DNA of 64,000 nt from assembly GCA_963733035.1 (NCBI GenBank), contig CAVTBU010000006.1:224001-288000 (forward strand). Reading direction: 5' to 3'. Origin of the DNA: Pirellulales bacterium (GTDB lineage: Bacteria; Planctomycetota; Planctomycetia; Pirellulales; PALSA-1355). Both the position numbers and the translations under genes were made by a program. How positions within the stretch are numbered: the first letter of the stretch is position 1; each line of letters starts with the position of its first letter. Positions 59,583 to 64,000 of this stretch are shown piece after piece. Under the pieces are notes generated by a model, which had not been told where the DNA came from, did no database searches, and was given only the letters and a program-made list of their open reading frames with translations.

Positions 59583-60362
59583 CTAGCTGCGTCTGGCAAT
59601 CCGCTCGGCCGGGTCCTGTCGATAGTAGTCCGCCAGGAGTTCGTATAGCCTTGGATGCCGGTGGCGCAGTTCCACGGGTGCGTCAAAGAAGCATTCGGTG
59701 GCCACGGCAAAGAACTCCGCTTCGCTTTCGGCACCGTACTTGTCGAGTAATGTGGCTCGTCCGTCGTGGGCGTCGCGCCGCAGCTGCTTGAATTCGGCGG
59801 TCATCACATCGTGCCACTGCTGGCGAGCTTCGCGAGTTTCCAGCGGCGGCGTGCCGTTGGTGCTCCGATCGAGCATGTCGATCTGGTGGGCGAATTCGTG
59901 CCAAATGAGGTTATTGCCCTGACCCGGATGCCGTGACTCGTCGGCGATCTCCGCCCAGGAAAGAATGACCGGACCGCGATACCAGGATTCGCCCAGCCGA
60001 GCCGATTCGCGTTGGATCGACCAGCCATGGTGCCACCGTTCCTCGGGCACCGCGTAGCCGGCCGGATAGATCAGGATCGACAGTACCGCGCGAAACGGGT
60101 CTCCCGGAAGTTCGAGCGCCATCAGCGAGGCCTGGGCGGCGACGGTGACTTTCATCTCATCCGTGAGGGTCAGCCCGCCGCAGCCTTCCCAATTTTTTTC
60201 GACCACGAAGATGCGCAGCTTGTCGCGCAGGCGGGCCTGGTCGGTGGGGGAGAGATGGCGGTAGTGAGCGACGTTGCGGTCGAGATAGACGAGCCACTCG
60301 CCGGGAAAAGGCAAGGACAAAATCTTCCGACGGCGGCGCTCGCGTAGCCAGGAGAATATCAT
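59583..60362 (-). CDS. M90/MtfA-family zinc peptidase
   Basis: HEFAHQID, EFFAVATECFF, YYRQDP. Confidence 0.9.
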   Translation of the reverse strand: MIFSWLRERRRRKILSLPFPGEWLVYLDRNVAHYRHLSPTDQARLRDKLRIFVVEKNWEGCGGLTLTDEMKVTVAAQASLMALELPGDPFRAVLSILIYPAGYAVPEERWHHGWSIQRESARLGESWYRGPVILSWAEIADESRHPGQGNNLIWHEFAHQIDMLDRSTNGTPPLETREARQQWHDVMTAEFKQLRRDAHDGRATLLDKYGAESEAEFFAVATECFFDAPVELRHRHPRLYELLADYYRQDPAERIARRS

Positions 60363-60398
60363 CGTGCGCAGTCCATCCGTGAACGCCCGGCCTTGCGA

Positions 60399-61694
60399 CT
60401 ACAGGGTCCAGCCTTTGCGATACTCGCGCTGCAAATACTGTTCGGCGGCGGCCGTGTCGGTCTTGAAGGCCTCGGCGTCCCAGGAAATCTTAGCTTGCCC
60501 GGCACGGTAGGCCACGTTGCCCAGCAGCACAGCTTCGGCCAGTCCACCGGAGTAGTCGAAATTGCAGGTCGTCGGGCCGCGCGACTTGATGGCATCGGTC
60601 CATTCTTTCCAATGGCCGACCGAATTGGGAATCGTTTGTGGCGGCGCGGCCGGCGGTTCCCCTTGGTTCATGAAGTACTTTAGCGTCCCGTAGTCGGCCA
60701 GCAGCCGGCCTTCGGTGCCTTCGAACAGAACGGCCGCGGTCTTGTCGTATTGCTCCGCTCCCTCGGGTCGCCAATCGCCGTGATACCAGGTCAGGTGCAC
60801 GGCCGGCCGGCCTCCCTTGGCGGGGAATTGATAATCGACCCGCATGTTGTCCGGCACCTGGTTGTCGCCACCGATCGTCTTTTCTCCCTTGGCTTCGATG
60901 CTCGTCGGAGCGCCGAGATCGAGTGCCCAAAACGGCAGATCCATGTAGTGGCAGCCAAAGTCGCCGAGCGTGCCGTTGCCAAAATCCCACCAATAGCGCC
61001 AGTTGAAATGGAAGTGCGACGGATGATACGGACGCATCGGCGCGGGGCCAATCCACAAATCGTAATCGACCGTTGCCGGCGGTGTGCCCTTGGCAACGCG
61101 AACGCCGGGGCGATTTGTATTCACCTGCCACACGTGCACGCGCTCGACGGGTCCAAGCTGACCGGACTGCACGATTTCGACAACGCGTCGATAGTTGTCA
61201 CCGGCATGAATTTGCGTGCCCATCTGGGTAACGGCTTTTTTCTCCGCGGCCAGGTTACGCATTTGGCGCACTTCGTAAACCGAGTGGGCCAGCGGCTTTT
61301 CACAGTATACGTCAAGACCTTGTCGCAGGGCCCGCATCACGGGCATGGCGTGCGTGTGGTCGGGAGTCGAGACGACGACCGCGTCCAGGTTTTTTTCTTT
61401 GTCAAACAACTGGCGAAAGTCGGTATATCGTGCCGCATCGGGGAAACGCTCGGCCATCGGTCCCAGGTGCTCGCTGTCGATGTCGCACAGCGCAACGATG
61501 TTCTCGTGCGTCAGTTGGTTGATGTTGTGCGCGCCCTTGTTGGCCACGCCCACGCAGGCCAGATTGAGCTTCTCGTTCGGACTTCGAGCCGCCAAGACCG
61601 GCTGGGTTCGACCAAAGACTCCCACGGTTGCCGTGGCCGTTCCGGCCAAGATTGCCTGCTTGATGAACTCGCGACGTTCGAGATGCTGCGACAT
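60399..61694 (-). CDS. Tat-exported Gfo/Idh/MocA oxidoreductase
   Basis: RREFI; STPDHTH, YCEKPL, QMGTQ. Confidence 0.92.
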   Translation of the reverse strand: MSQHLERREFIKQAILAGTATATVGVFGRTQPVLAARSPNEKLNLACVGVANKGAHNINQLTHENIVALCDIDSEHLGPMAERFPDAARYTDFRQLFDKEKNLDAVVVSTPDHTHAMPVMRALRQGLDVYCEKPLAHSVYEVRQMRNLAAEKKAVTQMGTQIHAGDNYRRVVEIVQSGQLGPVERVHVWQVNTNRPGVRVAKGTPPATVDYDLWIGPAPMRPYHPSHFHFNWRYWWDFGNGTLGDFGCHYMDLPFWALDLGAPTSIEAKGEKTIGGDNQVPDNMRVDYQFPAKGGRPAVHLTWYHGDWRPEGAEQYDKTAAVLFEGTEGRLLADYGTLKYFMNQGEPPAAPPQTIPNSVGHWKEWTDAIKSRGPTTCNFDYSGGLAEAVLLGNVAYRAGQAKISWDAEAFKTDTAAAEQYLQREYRKGWTL

Positions 61695-61849
61695 GATCGG
61701 GGGTCTCCGCGTGGTGTGTTGTATTCGGTTGGCTGGATTTGGTGGGTGGGTGGGTGTCGCGTCCGTACCGGCAACAAGTGCGACGGATCGACGGCAGCCC
61801 CAATTCTGAATCGAGCCGCGGGCCGCGTCAATCACGACGGGCCCTCCGT

Positions 61850-63958
61850 CTACGGCAGCGGTGGGGGGCTCGACGGCGCGGTGGGCCTTGAAACGGGACT
61901 AGCCAGCGGTAAGGAGTCCACGCCCGTCCGAGTTTGGGGAGAACTTGGAAAGGGTGCTCCAGCCGATCCGAGCGGGCCATTGGTCGACGAGGCCGTCCAC
62001 GGCAAATGCTCCAGTTTGCTGGGGGGCTGTCGGTCGACTTCGACCAGGTGCTCGAGCAGGACGCGGTGCACTTCGAGGACCGTGAGCGGATGGCGGTGGA
62101 CCGACGAATGATCCGAATCGACGGTGATTTCCGAGACCGCCGGTTCGAAGTGGGCGCTGGCGACGGATACCACGCCGTCACCGTCACCGGTGACGCGCCC
62201 GAGTAGCCCATGCTTGGAGACGCGGCCAACGATGTTGTGGTAGCGAATCCGAGGGGCGGCGGGCGCCTCAAGCATCACCGGCAGAATCGGAGAGTCGGGT
62301 GCCAGAGAGTCGATGCTCGTGTTGACTTCCAGCAGGTTATGGCTGCGGAAGTAGTCAGGATTGTCTTTATAGAGTTGTTGGCGGCCGCTGAGCATCATTT
62401 GCGGAAGCGTGATCAGCTTGCTGCCGATCCAACGCGTCGCGGCGTTGGAGAACTCGCTGCCGCGAAAAGGCGTGGCAATGGTGATCACACGGCGCACTTC
62501 GGGGACGGGGCGAAAGAAGAATTCGGCCGCCAATTCCCGCCGTGTGTCGGGGGGCGCGTGAATTGCTTCAAAGGGCTCGTTGCTGACGATTCTCCAGAAA
62601 TCGTTGCCGCTGTCGATCGTCTGCAGTCGCGACAGCAGGCCCCCCATGCTGTGCCCCACCAGCACCATCTGGTTGATGGCCGGTTGGCGGTGATACGGGT
62701 CGATAATCTGGCGGGCCTCGGCCAGGTCGCGGCGCAATTGGGCGGCACTGATCCAGAACGGCTGGCCGGTCGGATACAGATAGAACCAGAATTGGTAGCG
62801 GCTGCGAATTTCTGGTGAGCCACGCAAGTCGTTGAACATTTCCATCCAGGTGATGGGGCTTGACCATAGCCCGTGTACCATCAACACGGGGATTTTACCG
62901 GGCTGGTAGGGCTCGAGCATGTACAGCCCTTGCAGCTTGGCGGTTTGCGCAGGGTTGAGAAGTCCGATCGTCGACGAGTCGAGGTGCTGCAGTTCCTTCT
63001 GATTTAGCGCGTACGCCAACGGAGTGGTTAGATCGCTCTCGAGCGGCACGCGGCGGCCATCGACGCTGATCTCCGATGTATTAAGTGGGTCGTAGAGTTC
63101 CAGATGAACGACGTGATGGCCGTTTTCCGGATCGCTATTCGGCATGCAGCGCAGGAATGCGGTGACCGGGAAGCTCATGCCCGGCGGATAGAATTTCTCC
63201 TCGGGGCTTGCGTTTTCGTGGTGCTTGCGAACCGCAATTAGCGGAACGCCGAGTCCGTAGTTGTGGTATTGATTTCGCAGTCCGCGAATTTCGTAGTCGG
63301 AGACGAAACGGAATTCGGCGAAGTCCTCTGCGCCCAGGTATTGCTGCGAACCACGATTGTGGTTTCGACGACCTGGTTGGCGGTGCGGATGGTCTGCGTG
63401 GTGCCGGGGATCAATTTCCCTTGCTTCTTGATGATGCGAAGGGCGCTTTCCAGGGCGCCGTTGTAGAGGTCGCAGGCCCCGCGAAATTCCGGGTCGTAGG
63501 GATTGCGGTACCGCCCGAATCGCTCGTTAAACAAATACTGATAGGCATGGACGACCGCCAGCCCGTGGAACTCGAGCGCTTTGCGGCGGCTCATTGGTTC
63601 GGCCCGCTTGCCCGCCAGATACGACAGCTCCGCGAGCGAATACAGCTTGTCGGTCGACGGGTCTTCTTGATTCAACTCACTCAGCTTGATCAGGAGTTTG
63701 GCGTTGGCGTGTTCGAGGTCGTCCTCGAGGTCATACCGACGCGCGAGCAACTGCGTCCGTTCGGTCGGTTGGGGACCGTGCGGCGAAAGCAGTTGAAGCG
63801 GTCCAGCCAGGGGATTGGCGGGCACCTCGCGCACGCGCACCCACTTCTCCTGCGCAGCCACAGACAGCTGCCACGACGGCGAACAGAATAAGGATGACCG
63901 CCGGCCGGCCGTGCGCGATTGAGCGCGCACGGCCCGCGGACGCCGCGGAATCAGGCAT
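61850..63958 (-). CDS. Lipoprotein alpha/beta hydrolase (frameshifted near 63200-63330)
   Basis: AVCGC lipobox; VHGLWSS, GHSMGG, DGVV, HSSVH. Confidence 0.8.
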
Positions 63959-64000
63959 GGACTCGGCTTTGGAGACTCGCACGAAGATCAAAACAGGGCA

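Noticed and set aside
4011..63958. Frameshifts in bestrophin, DUF2309, amidase, kdpD, kdpB, primase, Mrr-like and hydrolase genes as pseudogenes or programmed frameshifts
   Set aside because: They are scattered through core and accessory genes, with no in-frame stops or shared slippery motif; sequencing indels are more likely. Needs read polishing.
1..64000. CRISPR array or rRNA
   Set aside because: No regularly spaced identical repeats, cas genes or rRNA-like sequence seen; the recurring GGTTCGA motif is the tRNA T loop.

Overview
GC-rich bacterial DNA, probably a planctomycete (inferred from gene repertoire and protein motifs). Housekeeping flanks at 1-13.2 kb (RidA, hisG, hisI, bestrophin, DUF2309/DabA, amidase, ECF sigma) and 54.1-64 kb (Ser/Thr kinase, hydrolases, MtfA, Gfo/Idh/MocA) enclose about 40.7 kb of accessory DNA. 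This accessory DNA consists of two related integrative elements in tandem at the 3' end of a tRNA-Glu(CTC) gene (54066-54138). Both share one module: ECF-type promoter, attenuator-like leader with a uORF and terminator, a long array of atypical tRNA genes (about 34 plus remnants in copy 1, about 16 in copy 2) with unrelated small ORFs between them, a ~515-nt structured ncRNA with an embedded tRNA-like domain, and an SPFH/slipin gene. The two arrays have decayed in complementary ways and together cover all 20 amino acids. An IS110/IS1111-family element sits at the same base of tRNA-Ser(GCT) in both arrays, and its non-coding end carries guide segments matching that target. Tiny hairpin elements have replaced parts of several tRNAs. 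Other cargo: kdpFABCDE, two polymorphic-toxin-like genes sharing a structured leader, AbiV, HNH, PD-(D/E)XK nucleases, truncated brxL, primase and a tyrosine integrase. Many genes have single frameshifts that look like sequencing indels. All RNA structures were folded by eye and no database searches were run.
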